A stretch of 64,000 nucleotides of DNA from contig OZ240241.1 of assembly GCA_965198115.1 (NCBI GenBank), positions 7,328,001-7,392,000 of the forward strand, given 5' to 3'. The DNA comes from Candidatus Latescibacterota bacterium. GTDB lineage: Bacteria > Latescibacterota > UBA2968. A program made the translations under genes and the position numbers. How positions within the stretch are numbered: position 1 is the stretch's first letter; each line of letters begins with the position of its first letter. Positions 9,627 to 19,518 of this stretch are shown piece by piece. The notes below the pieces were generated by a model. The model was not told where the DNA came from. It was given only the letters and a program-made list of their open reading frames with translations, and did not search any database.

Positions 9627-10928
9627 TCAATTGAATTGGGGCAGCCACTCCGCGTGGACGGCCAGGTATTCGTCCAGGATGCTCTCGGCCGTTTCGATGT
9701 CGTTGATCACGGGATCTGCGAGCAGCGACTGTAAGGCGATGGCTCTGTCGCCCGTCACAGCTGCGTCAACGGCCAGCTCCGCCACGTGCACTTGGTTGCT
9801 GCACCAGGCTGCGATCTGTGATGGCAGATTCCCGAACTTGACCCCGTCAGGGCCATTCGTACCGACGATCGCGGGTACCTCGACGATGACGTCTTGAGGT
9901 AGATTCGAGATGTAATCGTTATTTGGGATGTTGAGCGCGAGCTCCGACGTGTCGAGCCCGTCGCGAATGGCCAGAAGGACGTGAATTGCCCGTTCTCCGG
10001 ATCCTCCACGTAGGCTGTCGATCGATCGACTGCCGTCGATCATCTCCGAGATTTCACCCCACATCGTCTCTCGTCGCGTGTCTTCACCGTCCCAGTGCAG
10101 AAGCCAGTGGTCGTGGTCGTATTTCTGCCACGATTCATATGCCCGGACGTGCATGAAAGGGAGATACTCCCCGACGTGGTCGTCGCTCGGGAAGGGCATA
10201 AAACCAAAAGTACGAAACAGATCCGACCAGAGATGTCGCTTGTCGGGATCGTGATCCGCGGCCTTTTCGCGGAGCAACGGGTAGACATCCTCACCAGTGA
10301 CCTTCGAGCGAACCTCCATGACCCAGTGGAAATGATTCAGACCCGCCGCTCGGATGTCGAGGTCATCAGGATCGCGATCCAGGAGCTCTCCGATGAGGCC
10401 GTACGGTTGACCCTATGCCGTGGCAGAAACCGATGGTCTTAACCGAGGTGTACTTGGTGACACCCCTGCAGATCCGGGGCAACGGGTTTGTGTAGTTGAG
10501 AAACAGGCATCGAGACAGTATGTCTCGACCTTGCGAGCGACGTCGAGAACAAGCGGGACGGTTCGGAGTGTGTGTGCAAGTCCACCCGGACCACCGTTTT
10601 CTCCGAGGACCTGCATGACGCCGTACTTGTGAGGGATTTGCATGTCCAGCTGCCAGAGCCGGTCGCGGTTCGCCTCGATCATGGAGATGACGAAGTCGGA
10701 ACCGGGAAGAGCCTCCACGAGGTCCGTCGTGGCATGAATGCGGAATCCAGCGGACCACTCCTCGTTCATCCGCATTGCCAACGACAACATCGGCTCGAGG
10801 GCCTCGGTTCGGATGTCAACAAGATGCAGTTCGCTCCCCGACAACTCGTACCGCGAAAGGATATCTCCGAGGGTCCTGGGTCCAAAGCTTGCACTTCCGA
10901 TACCGACCACGACAATTTTAACGCTCAC
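9627..10928 (-). CDS. Family 4 glycoside hydrolase (NAD+/Mn-dependent, alpha-galactosidase-like), two frameshifts (~10505, ~10400)
   Basis: GTG start VKIVVVGIGSASFG; GENGGPGG; NYTNP; GFCHG; AGLNHFHW; DDHVGEY; NLPQDVIVEVP, distributed over three frames. Confidence 0.88.
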
Positions 10929-10942
10929 GTGAGGTTCCTTTC

Positions 10943-12157
10943 TCAGAGCCAGTGGGCGAAAGGCCACAGGGTGGCGGAACGGGTGAAGGTCGTGTCCAAC
11001 AGCACGTCCGTTTCCTCTATCGGATCGTGACCGTATCGACGCACGAATTCCGCTTCGATCTGCTGTTCCAATTCTGTCGGCTCCCCTAGTGGCAGCGAGA
11101 CCCACTGATTTCCGCGTCGCGCGCTTTCCCGAATGGCCAGACAGAGCTCGTAGTCCTTGAGACCGTTCCGGACACCGTAGCGCGGCGACCCTCCGCGCGT
11201 GATCGCGTCGTGAAAGCCGACCAGGATGCTCGCCTTCGAGACGTCGTCGGGCGAACCAATCCGATAGGACACGTAGGGGTTTTCCCAGACAACGGGCGGA
11301 TCGGTTTCGACGCGTACCTCTTCCAGCACGCGTTCTCCCTCGATTTCGATGTAGCGTTCGACGATGTCGTAGGCATCCGATCGATTTTGTCGATACAACG
11401 TAAGCCGGTCTCCAAACAGATGACCCTTCGGTCCCTCGATCTGCCAGCCCGTCGGATAGGCGTGCTGTGTCGACGGGAAAACGCGGGGCGGTTTCTCGAA
11501 CAGGCATACGGCTCCGCCCGCGAACTCGATCACGGCGGATTCCCATTGAATCGTCGATTCCGGCTCGCCGCCGTAGGCGACATACGGTTCCGTATCGACT
11601 TCGCCGACGTAACCCAGAACGCGTGTCGCATCCCCCTCGAGTAGCGCCCGTAGGCCGCTGAATCCGTGGTATTGGCCGGTCAGATACGACAGACGGGCGT
11701 GTGAGACCTTTCCGAGCAGCCCGGTCTCGACGACACGTTGCTTGAGTTGTTCCTTTGGCCAGAGCCAGACCTGCTCGCCCACCTCCCAGAGGACGCTGTT
11801 TTCTTCGCACGTGCGCGTGATGGCGTCTGCGTATCTCCGCGTCAGCGCAACGGGGATTTCGGTGATGACGTGTGCCCCCTGCCGCGCGGCAGTGAGCGCT
11901 ATGACGATATGGGAGTCTTTCGGCGTCAGGGACAGCACGACATCCGGCTGCTCGTTGTCGAAGAGTGAGCGCGCATCCGCATAGCAGGCTCCGATCGGGA
12001 ACGTGTCCGCCACTTCAGCCAGAACGTCAGGATCGCGATCGCAGACGGCGGCCAACTCGTAGTGGTCAGTCAGCCTGGCGATGGTCGAGAGGTATTGACG
12101 GGCTCGAGCGTCCGGTGTGGTACCTACGCCGAGGACGGCGATACGTAGCTTCGTCAT
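10943..12157 (-). CDS. Gfo/Idh/MocA family oxidoreductase
   Basis: KLRIAVLGVG, AVCDRD, HVITEIPV (variant of the EKP motif). Confidence 0.85.
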   Translation of the reverse strand: MTKLRIAVLGVGTTPDARARQYLSTIARLTDHYELAAVCDRDPDVLAEVADTFPIGACYADARSLFDNEQPDVVLSLTPKDSHIVIALTAARQGAHVITEIPVALTRRYADAITRTCEENSVLWEVGEQVWLWPKEQLKQRVVETGLLGKVSHARLSYLTGQYHGFSGLRALLEGDATRVLGYVGEVDTEPYVAYGGEPESTIQWESAVIEFAGGAVCLFEKPPRVFPSTQHAYPTGWQIEGPKGHLFGDRLTLYRQNRSDAYDIVERYIEIEGERVLEEVRVETDPPVVWENPYVSYRIGSPDDVSKASILVGFHDAITRGGSPRYGVRNGLKDYELCLAIRESARRGNQWVSLPLGEPTELEQQIEAEFVRRYGHDPIEETDVLLDTTFTRSATLWPFAHWL

Positions 12158-12271
12158 CGGACTGCACGGCCTCCTCTCTTTACGATTCGTAAGGTTGTTA
12201 GAAACCGCTGGCCAGTTGGATCGGACTCAGGGCATATTGGTCGTTCCGGTAATCAACGCGGGAGCCCTGCA

Positions 12272-14284
12272 ATGTCGATTCAAGTGAATCCTCAAAACCT
12301 TCCTTTGGAAGACGAGCAGCCGGAGGCGGCTGCGACCATCACGACCCGATCTTTGCTTGTTGGTTTGGCGATGGCTGTGTGCGTCGGTCTCTGGCCGGCC
12401 TATTCCGACCTCGTTCTCCACTCTACACGCGCCGACCACGCCCACCTTTCGATGGCGATGCTCATCCCCTTCGTCTTCCTGCTGCTGGTCAACATTCCGC
12501 TGGAGCGCTGGGGCGTCGGTTTCTCACCATCAGAACTGATTACCATCTGCTGCATCGGTCTGGTGGCGTCGTGTATGCAGGGGGAGTGGCTTTCCAACAA
12601 TTTTCTGGAAATGCTCTCCATGCCGTATTACTTCGCCTCGCCCGAAAATCGCTTTGAAGAGCTGCTTCTGCCCCATCTGCCCACGTGGACAACCGTATCC
12701 GATCGACAGGCTGTGACCGGCTTTTTCGAGGGGCTGCTTCCCGGCGATCCCTTCCCCTGGCGCCACTGGATCTCGCCGCTGTTCTGGTGGTTCGCATTGA
12801 TCGGCGCCATCCTGACGATCAACCTCTGCCTGAGCGTTCTTCTTCGCAAGCAGTGGACGCAATACGAACGTCTCGCCTTTCCGGTTGCGACCGCCCTTCT
12901 GGAGTTGACGGGGGTCTCCGGCACCCGAGGCACGCTCTCGACTCTGGCTCGCAATAAGCTCTTTCGGATGGGATTCGTCATCACGTTGGCGATCATCTGC
13001 TGGAACATCTTTACGTGGTTCACGGTCAATGTGCCGATGACGCCGATTCTGAGTGGCCGACATTCCCGCGGGATCATCCCGACGGCGCCGGGGTTTCCGA
13101 GCATTGTGACGACGTTCGTCCTGCTCAATTTCACGCTGGGATACTTTACCAAGTTGGAGGTGCTTTTCAGTCTGTGGTTCTTCCACCTCCTGGCCGGCAT
13201 CCAGCGAGGAATCCTTCATCGCGTCGGTCTGGACGTCGGCCCATCGGATCCGTGGGCTTCCGGTCATCCGGTCATCGGTTGGCAGACTTTCGGGGGCATG
13301 GTTGTTTTTGTCTGCTGGGGGTTCTGGATCGCCCGGTCTCACTTCCGGGATGTTTTTCGCAAGGTGTTTTTGGGCGATGAGCGTGTGGATGACTCGGAAG
13401 AGCTGATGTCCTACCGGACGACCGTCTGGCTGTTGATTGGATGTACCGCGTTTGTCTTTTTCTGGCTTCACCTGGCTGGCATGGGATGGGGACCGGTCCT
13501 GGCCTTCTGCTTTTCCACGCTGATCATCTACATTGGCGTGGCGCGGATCCTGGCCGAAAGTGGGCTCGTCTACCTTCGCGGTCCCATTACGCCACAGGCT
13601 TTCACGTGGCACACGTTCGGTATCGCGGGTCTGGGTCCCGCTGGCGCCGCTGTCCTGACACTTACGAACGCTTTTGTGAGTGAAGGAAAGACCTTCGCGA
13701 TTACGCAGATGGCACACGTTCCCCGGCTGGGGATGGCCATGGCACGTCGGAGTCGGAGAATTCTGGCACCGGCCGTCCTGCTCGGGTGCGGGATTGGTCT
13801 TGCGGCCGTCGTCGCGTTTACGCTCTACCAGGGCTACCACGGGATGGGCAGTTATAACTTCGGCACGCACAGCTTCAAAGGAATCGGTGTCAAGAACGCG
13901 GCCGGATTCAGCCGCCTGGCTGTCGGACGCATTCAGGAAGGCGTTTCGGGCACGGATGGATATCGACTGCTTTTCATGGGTATGGGAGGTGCCTTTGTTG
14001 CCCTGGTCTATTTCCTGAGATACCGATTTCCCGGTTTTCCCATCAACCCCATCGGATATCCCATCTGTGCGATGGTGGACATGCAGGACACCGTGGTCAC
14101 CATTTTCGGCATCTGGTTCATCAAGAGCATCATTCTCAAGGTGGGTGGCCTGGAGAGCTATCGTCGTGCTGCGCCCTTTTTCCTGGGCATGATGATGGGC
14201 TACATCACAGGCGTTGCCTTCGGCGTGATCGCGGACTTCTTCTGGTTCCCGGGGATGGGCCACGAGATTCACGCCGATCCCTGA
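12272..14284 (+). CDS. DUF6785-type polytopic membrane protein (putative transporter)
   Basis: 670 aa with many TM segments; motifs RKQWTQYERLAFP, RILAESGL, FPINPIGY, APFFLG. Confidence 0.8.
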   Translation: MSIQVNPQNLPLEDEQPEAAATITTRSLLVGLAMAVCVGLWPAYSDLVLHSTRADHAHLSMAMLIPFVFLLLVNIPLERWGVGFSPSELITICCIGLVASCMQGEWLSNNFLEMLSMPYYFASPENRFEELLLPHLPTWTTVSDRQAVTGFFEGLLPGDPFPWRHWISPLFWWFALIGAILTINLCLSVLLRKQWTQYERLAFPVATALLELTGVSGTRGTLSTLARNKLFRMGFVITLAIICWNIFTWFTVNVPMTPILSGRHSRGIIPTAPGFPSIVTTFVLLNFTLGYFTKLEVLFSLWFFHLLAGIQRGILHRVGLDVGPSDPWASGHPVIGWQTFGGMVVFVCWGFWIARSHFRDVFRKVFLGDERVDDSEELMSYRTTVWLLIGCTAFVFFWLHLAGMGWGPVLAFCFSTLIIYIGVARILAESGLVYLRGPITPQAFTWHTFGIAGLGPAGAAVLTLTNAFVSEGKTFAITQMAHVPRLGMAMARRSRRILAPAVLLGCGIGLAAVVAFTLYQGYHGMGSYNFGTHSFKGIGVKNAAGFSRLAVGRIQEGVSGTDGYRLLFMGMGGAFVALVYFLRYRFPGFPINPIGYPICAMVDMQDTVVTIFGIWFIKSIILKVGGLESYRRAAPFFLGMMMGYITGVAFGVIADFFWFPGMGHEIHADP

Positions 14285-14304
14285 GATCTCGACGCGAAGC
14301 GAAA

Positions 14305-15408
14305 CTACAGCATCTGAGCCCTCAGCCGATCCTCATCGATTTCCATGCCCAATCCCGGGCCGTCGGGGACGACGATGTGCCCTTCCTCGTACCGAACCTT
14401 TTCCTTCACCACCTGCTCCTGGTAGACGAGCGGACCGGCAGGATAACACGGCAAATCGACGTTGGGCATCGCGGCCAAGAAGTGCGCTCTGGCGGCCGTT
14501 CCGATGGATAGCTCGACTGTGCTGCCGTGAAGCACTTTGATGCCGAACATTTCACCGAGTGCGAAGATTTTGACACACTCGGTGATCCCATCCCAGTCGA
14601 CGCCCACGTTGAAAATATCGACCGCGTTGTTGCGCGCAAGGCCGACACCGATCGCCGTGCTGCCGACGTGTTCGCTGATCGGCACGTCGACCGCTTCCTT
14701 GACCCTCATAAAGTCTTCCGGCGGAGCGAAGTGTCTGCCCTTCACGGGAGACTCGAACAGATTCGGGCCGTAGTGGGCGAAGCGCTTGATGACTTCGATG
14801 CCCTCCTCGATTTCGAACCGACCGCTCATATCCATGGCGTTGATCAGGACGTCCTGGCCCCACCGTCGCCGCAGTTCGGTCAGGAAGTAATCGTCCATAT
14901 CCAGATTCGCGCCAAAGTAATAGCGGATCGTCGGGTGCCCTTCTTCGAGACGGCGCTCAACGCGACCCAGGTTCGCTTCTGCATCCGGCTTCGTTCTCGC
15001 CGCCCCGAGGGGATAGGCGAACGGGATCCGGTCCCTGTATTTCCCGCCGAGCAGTTGATGCACGGGAATATCAAGCGCTTTCCCCATTGCGTCGTACATC
15101 GAGATCTCGATGCCGCAAATGACCTGATGATCCCATTCCTGCTTCTTGAGGTCGACGAGGATTGCGGTGCGGTCGAATGGACTCCGCCCAACCAGAATAG
15201 GTTCGAGTCGGGTGTGCAGCTTTTTCACGTAATCGGGCGTCGGGTCGAAGGGGACGTCCGACATCTCGCCCAGTCCGACGATGTCGGCATCGGTGTGGAG
15301 CCGAACGATCACGTGCTCGGAAACCGACTTCTCGGGGTCGGACGGGCACGTTTTGCCCATCTCACGGGTTGAGAAGATAGGAATGAGTTCAAGATTTGTG
15401 ATTTTCAT
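14305..15408 (-). CDS. Enolase-superfamily (MR/MLE) enzyme, GalrD-II-like RxY subgroup
   Basis: GEMSD, AYPL, IRYYFG (RxY), metal ligands D/E/H (MDMS, FESP, SEH), GPGLG. Confidence 0.85.
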   Translation of the reverse strand: MKITNLELIPIFSTREMGKTCPSDPEKSVSEHVIVRLHTDADIVGLGEMSDVPFDPTPDYVKKLHTRLEPILVGRSPFDRTAILVDLKKQEWDHQVICGIEISMYDAMGKALDIPVHQLLGGKYRDRIPFAYPLGAARTKPDAEANLGRVERRLEEGHPTIRYYFGANLDMDDYFLTELRRRWGQDVLINAMDMSGRFEIEEGIEVIKRFAHYGPNLFESPVKGRHFAPPEDFMRVKEAVDVPISEHVGSTAIGVGLARNNAVDIFNVGVDWDGITECVKIFALGEMFGIKVLHGSTVELSIGTAARAHFLAAMPNVDLPCYPAGPLVYQEQVVKEKVRYEEGHIVVPDGPGLGMEIDEDRLRAQML

Positions 15409-15432
15409 GGGAGCCTCCAGGCAATGGACAAC

Positions 15433-15474
15433 AACGAGTGCCGAATTCCGAGTAGGGAGTGACGAGTGATGAGG
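15433..15474. repeat. Degenerate 7-mer tandem repeat (6 units) in a gene junction
   Basis: AACGAGT GCCGAAT TCCGAGT AGGGAGT GACGAGT GATGAGG. Confidence 0.6.
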
Positions 15475-15477
15475 GGT

Positions 15478-17112
15478 CTATTTAACGATCGGCAAGACGA
15501 GGTACGATGGATTCTCCCGATCGTGGAAGATCGCTTGGTCGGCGGTGACGTAGTCCGCGTTTCGCTCGTTGTCACCGCCTGTGTTCAGGTTCCGGCTGAG
15601 GCGCGGGAAATTACTGCTGCTGACGGCGAGGGCGATGCAGTGCCCGGGCTGAAACTCGTTGCTGGTCGACCAGAGGTCGATTTCGAACCGGACCGGTTCG
15701 CCGGGTGTCAGTAGCTCGGTCCGGTCCATTCCGTCCCGGTAGCGGGCACGTACGACGCCGTCGGACAAGAGACGGGCGTTGCCATCCGGCGCGATGTCCA
15801 TCAGCTTCGCCGTAAAGTCGGTGTCGACGGCGGAAGACGATCCGAAAAGGACCAACTTCAGTGGGCCGGTAACTTCCAGAGGAGCGCTGAAAGGTTCACT
15901 TGCGTAGACGAGCACGTCGTCACGGTATAGGGTGATCTGCTGGTCTCTCGGGCCGCGTCGCATCGGGAGGACCCTGGCTGGTCCCGAATTGGCACCACCC
16001 CACGTGGGGACGGGGTTCGCCGGGTCGTAGGTGAAGTGGTCGGGCGGTTCATCCCCGGGCTCGTCCGTCGTCAGCGTTCCGCGTACCCACCCTCCGTGGA
16101 CGTTCCCCTCGCTGTGCAGGTAGAATTTCGTTTCTACAGCACGGTCGAGCGGCCACGACGTCTCGTCACGCCACTCGTTTCTGCCCATCACGAAGATCTG
16201 GACGCGAGGCGGAGTCTGGGCCGATTCGTTTTCCTTCACGTGGCGATCGAAGAAGGCAAGATCCGCGGCATGATGGTCTCGCCTGGAGCCGGGCCCGAAA
16301 TCGTAGTCGGGTATGATGTCGGGATCGCAACTGTGGTCCCAGGGTCCGATGACGAGGTGGGTATTCTGCTTCTGTTCCTCGGTTCCGTGCGTCATCGTGT
16401 GCGTGAAAAAGTCGATCGGCCCGGTCCCGCAGTGATCGTACCAGCCTGTGACCATCAGGTTGGGGGTTTTCAGGCTTTCAAACTGCTCTGGATCCACCTG
16501 GGTGAAGTAGTTCTGGTGCGGGGAGGTGAGGACATCGTGGTAGAGCTCGACCGGGCCACCGAGGTCGTCCAGGATGCTTGTCGCGGGGAGTTTGCCGAGG
16601 TGGGGGAGCCAGTCGGTCTCCTCGTAGGACCGCAGCTCGGGCCCGCTCTGCGCGTAGAAGTACCACATCGGGATTTGGTGAAGCATGAAGGACCCACCGA
16701 GTCGACTGAACATGCCGTAGGGCAGCACCTGAGGGCACATTGCACGATGCGCGGGATGGGCGAGGAAGGCCGTTGCCGACTGAACGCGCGCGAGGGCCGA
16801 GCCGCCAAACGTACCGATTCGACCGTTGCACCAGTCCTGCCCGACCATCCATTCCATCGTGTCGTAGCCATCTTCGGGGAAATCGTGGCGACCGGTCGGC
16901 CCGCCTTCCGACTTGTGACGTCCGCGCACGTTCTGCGCGAGGACGGCGTAACCCTCCTCGACGAAGGCCTCGCAACGATCGGTGACGCGATCCGTCCCAT
17001 ACATACATCGGACCATCAGGCTCGAGAACGGTCCATTGCCCTCAGGCAGGTAAACAAAGCTTTGCAAACGAATGCCGTCCCGCGTGGGGATCATAACTTC
17101 CTGAGGGCTCAT
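15478..17112 (-). CDS. CocE/NonD (peptidase S15-like) hydrolase
   Basis: RDGIRL, QNVRGRHKSEG, nucleophile elbow GGSALA, GWYD, GPWDH, SSSNFPR C-terminal domain. Confidence 0.92.
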   Translation of the reverse strand: MSPQEVMIPTRDGIRLQSFVYLPEGNGPFSSLMVRCMYGTDRVTDRCEAFVEEGYAVLAQNVRGRHKSEGGPTGRHDFPEDGYDTMEWMVGQDWCNGRIGTFGGSALARVQSATAFLAHPAHRAMCPQVLPYGMFSRLGGSFMLHQIPMWYFYAQSGPELRSYEETDWLPHLGKLPATSILDDLGGPVELYHDVLTSPHQNYFTQVDPEQFESLKTPNLMVTGWYDHCGTGPIDFFTHTMTHGTEEQKQNTHLVIGPWDHSCDPDIIPDYDFGPGSRRDHHAADLAFFDRHVKENESAQTPPRVQIFVMGRNEWRDETSWPLDRAVETKFYLHSEGNVHGGWVRGTLTTDEPGDEPPDHFTYDPANPVPTWGGANSGPARVLPMRRGPRDQQITLYRDDVLVYASEPFSAPLEVTGPLKLVLFGSSSAVDTDFTAKLMDIAPDGNARLLSDGVVRARYRDGMDRTELLTPGEPVRFEIDLWSTSNEFQPGHCIALAVSSSNFPRLSRNLNTGGDNERNADYVTADQAIFHDRENPSYLVLPIVK

Positions 17113-17145
17113 ACGGAATCAGTCCTTGCTTACAAGATTCCCGGC

Positions 17146-17239
17146 GTCAGTTCGAGCGCGAGTCGAGAACTCGCCCCTGGCCCTACTTGGAACGACTTCT
17201 CGGCGGAGTCTATCCCGAACGAAGTCAAGAGGCAGTGAT
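17146..17239. repeat. REP-like pair, second copy degenerate/composite
   Basis: GTCAGTTCGAGCGCGAGTCGAGAAC, then GACTTCTCGGCGGAGTCTATCCCGAAC, similar to 55172-55218. Confidence 0.7.
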
Positions 17240-17266
17240 GTTGCTATATGCCTGTTAGACAGAGCA

Positions 17267-18274
17267 CTACAGTTCTAGAATCTGTACCCACATAGGCTTC
17301 TCGCCGAGGGGATAGGTCTTCAGCGGCGCCAAACCGCCGTCTTCCTCGATCCGATAGGACGCGAGCGTGTCCGATCCTTGACCGGCGGCGTAGAGAAACG
17401 AATCTGTCGGGTCGATGTTGAAGACACGAGGTGTCGGTTCGGTCGGCGTCTGGCCGAGGGCGGTGACGGCGCCCGTGTTCTGGTCGATCGCGAATCCGGC
17501 GATGCTGTCGTGCCCTCTGTTGGTCAGGTAGACGAACTTTCCGGACGAGGTGATCCGGATCTGGGCATTCGAGTTCTTTCCGTCGTAGCCGTCAGGCAGC
17601 GTAGAAACGGTCTGAAACGCCTCGAGCGTCCCGGCCGAGACATCCAGGTTGTAAGCCGTGACGGCCGAGCCCTGCTCGTTCGACGTATAAAGCACGTCCA
17701 GGTTGGGATGGTAACAGTAGTGACGCGGCCCCTGGCCAGGATAGCCATCCACCTTCGGGACATCATTCGGGGTCAGCTTGCCAGTCGCCTCATCGAACAG
17801 GAACTGGTAGATCGCGTTGGAGTCCTGAACGTGAGGGAGAAAATAGAACCGATTCGAAGGATGGGTCATCACGCAATGGGCGCCGAGCAGGGTGTGGGTC
17901 CAATCCGGTGGTCCTGTCGCGATCCGGTCATTCCCGATCGGATGCACGCCGATTCGCCGTCCCTGATAATGCGCTGAAAGAACCCACTTTCCACCCCTGT
18001 CGACGGCAATACAGCAGGGATCTACTTCCAAGGGCGCGGGACTCCCTCGAAGCGACAGCTCGCCCGAGCTGCTATCGATCTGCAGGGTCGCGAGTCCTGG
18101 CTCCGCACGCAGACCCACATACATGAACGCCTGGTCGGTGCTCACAGCCAGATTTGACGGCCCACCTGCGATCGCGGTTTCCCGAAGCAGATCCAACTCT
18201 CCGGATGCGGGGTCCATCGAATAGGTGAGGATCTTGTGTTCACCGGCGATCACGACATACGCGTAATAGGCCAT
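17267..18274 (-). CDS. pgl: 6-phosphogluconolactonase-type beta-propeller lactonase
   Basis: GAHCV, GPRHYCYHP, SNEQGSAV, QTVSTLP, TNRGHDSIA, PRVFNIDP. Confidence 0.9.
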   Translation of the reverse strand: MAYYAYVVIAGEHKILTYSMDPASGELDLLRETAIAGGPSNLAVSTDQAFMYVGLRAEPGLATLQIDSSSGELSLRGSPAPLEVDPCCIAVDRGGKWVLSAHYQGRRIGVHPIGNDRIATGPPDWTHTLLGAHCVMTHPSNRFYFLPHVQDSNAIYQFLFDEATGKLTPNDVPKVDGYPGQGPRHYCYHPNLDVLYTSNEQGSAVTAYNLDVSAGTLEAFQTVSTLPDGYDGKNSNAQIRITSSGKFVYLTNRGHDSIAGFAIDQNTGAVTALGQTPTEPTPRVFNIDPTDSFLYAAGQGSDTLASYRIEEDGGLAPLKTYPLGEKPMWVQILEL

Positions 18275-18344
18275 CCATTTTCCTCACGAAGGAAAAGCGC
18301 CACTGAGGACACTGACTGCCAGCCGATTTGCGATCGACAAAGGA

Positions 18345-18367
18345 GTCCCCGTGCGGAGCACGGGGAC
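18345..18367. repeat. Hairpin repeat GTCCCCGTGC-NNN-GCACGGGGAC
   Basis: Copies at 18345, 19440, 38566 (degenerate) and 42760 (inverted), all intergenic. Confidence 0.8.
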
Positions 18368-18480
18368 GAGCGCGGCGCTTTGTAAAAGAATGAGTAATGC
18401 GCTTCGCTCGCCCCTGGGCTCTGCCGGGGCACTGTGTGCTGACGAATGGTTGATGTGGCTCCCTGGAACGACTCTACGAA

Positions 18481-19356
18481 TCATCCCCCAACAATCTGTG
18501 GTGACGCGTAAAGCTCTGGTCGTGCCTCGTTCGCAGTAAAGCAACCCGATGATCGCGCTGCCTCGATGAAATCTCTCGAGACTTCGGTCACAATCATGCC
18601 TTCCAGCGGCGCGTGCTCGTCGATGAACTGGCCGTTCGGATCGATCGCGAAGGCGAGCCCCGGGAACCAGGCGTTGCCGCTCTTTCCTGCCTGGTTGGCG
18701 TAGAAAATGTAGAGCGCATTGTCCACGGCCCTGGCAGGCAGGACCTGTGCGGCGAGTTGTCGATGCTCAGTGGCCTGTTCGGTCTGATCGCCGTCCGGAG
18801 AGACGTTGTCAGCACGGCCGCTCGCACCCACGGCGAGCAGGAAGAAATCCGCACCCTCCTTTGCAGCGGTTCTGAAGATTTCGGGAAACCTCAAGTCGTA
18901 GCAGATCCCCACGCCGAAGGTCCAGCCCTGCGATGTCACGACGGGGAGCTGGCTCCCTGGCTCGAACCATGTCCTCTCGGTTTCATTCGGGATGTGCAGT
19001 TTGGTGAAGGTCGCGAGGTAGCCATTGGGACCGACGATGTAGGCACTGTTTCGATAGCGCTCACCCGCCGGCTCGATCGTACCGACGATGAGGGTCATGT
19101 CGAGCTCACGGCAGAGCGATTCGAGGAAAGAGACTGAATGCTCGGCCGCACTCTCGGCGATCCGCATCGCCTCTTCTGCGGCTATGTCCGATTTGTTCAT
19201 CGAACCCGTGATGCACTCTTCTGGAAAGAGCGCGAACGTGGCACCCTGCTTCTGCGCTTCCCTCGACCACTCTGCAATGCGGTCGAGATTGGTCTTGGGA
19301 TCGCCCATGGCGCTGTGCATGGCGATCGATGCTACGCGAGTTGTTGTGCTACTCAT
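18481..19356 (-). CDS. Carbon-nitrogen hydrolase (nitrilase/amidase superfamily)
   Basis: Catalytic triad E (FPEE), K (TKLH) and C (GICYDLRFPE). Probable start MSSTTTRV at 19356, since the longer ORF runs through repeats. Confidence 0.92.
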   Translation of the reverse strand: MSSTTTRVASIAMHSAMGDPKTNLDRIAEWSREAQKQGATFALFPEECITGSMNKSDIAAEEAMRIAESAAEHSVSFLESLCRELDMTLIVGTIEPAGERYRNSAYIVGPNGYLATFTKLHIPNETERTWFEPGSQLPVVTSQGWTFGVGICYDLRFPEIFRTAAKEGADFFLLAVGASGRADNVSPDGDQTEQATEHRQLAAQVLPARAVDNALYIFYANQAGKSGNAWFPGLAFAIDPNGQFIDEHAPLEGMIVTEVSRDFIEAARSSGCFTANEARPELYASPQIVGG

Positions 19357-19392
19357 AGAAGTCTCTTTTGATTGAGAACACTCACTCGCGCC

Positions 19393-19462
19393 GTCACACT
19401 GAGCGGAGTCGAAGTGCGGGTCATCACCATTCCTTTTTCGTCCCCGTGCTGAGCACGGGGAC
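19393..19462. repeat. REP-like element plus GTCCCCGTGC hairpin
   Basis: GTCACACTGAGCGGAGTCGAAGTG (19393-19416) and GTCCCCGTGCTGAGCACGGGGAC (19440-19462). Confidence 0.75.
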
Positions 19463-19518
19463 GAGCGACCTTCCTCGATCATAGTGGATGGTGTGGAGGA
19501 GCCCACCATCAGATGTGC

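Noticed and set aside
10929-11810. N-terminal 294 aa of the 465-aa ORF 10413..11810
   Set aside because: Off-frame overlap with the Gfo/Idh/MocA gene; the real GH4 starts at GTG 10928.
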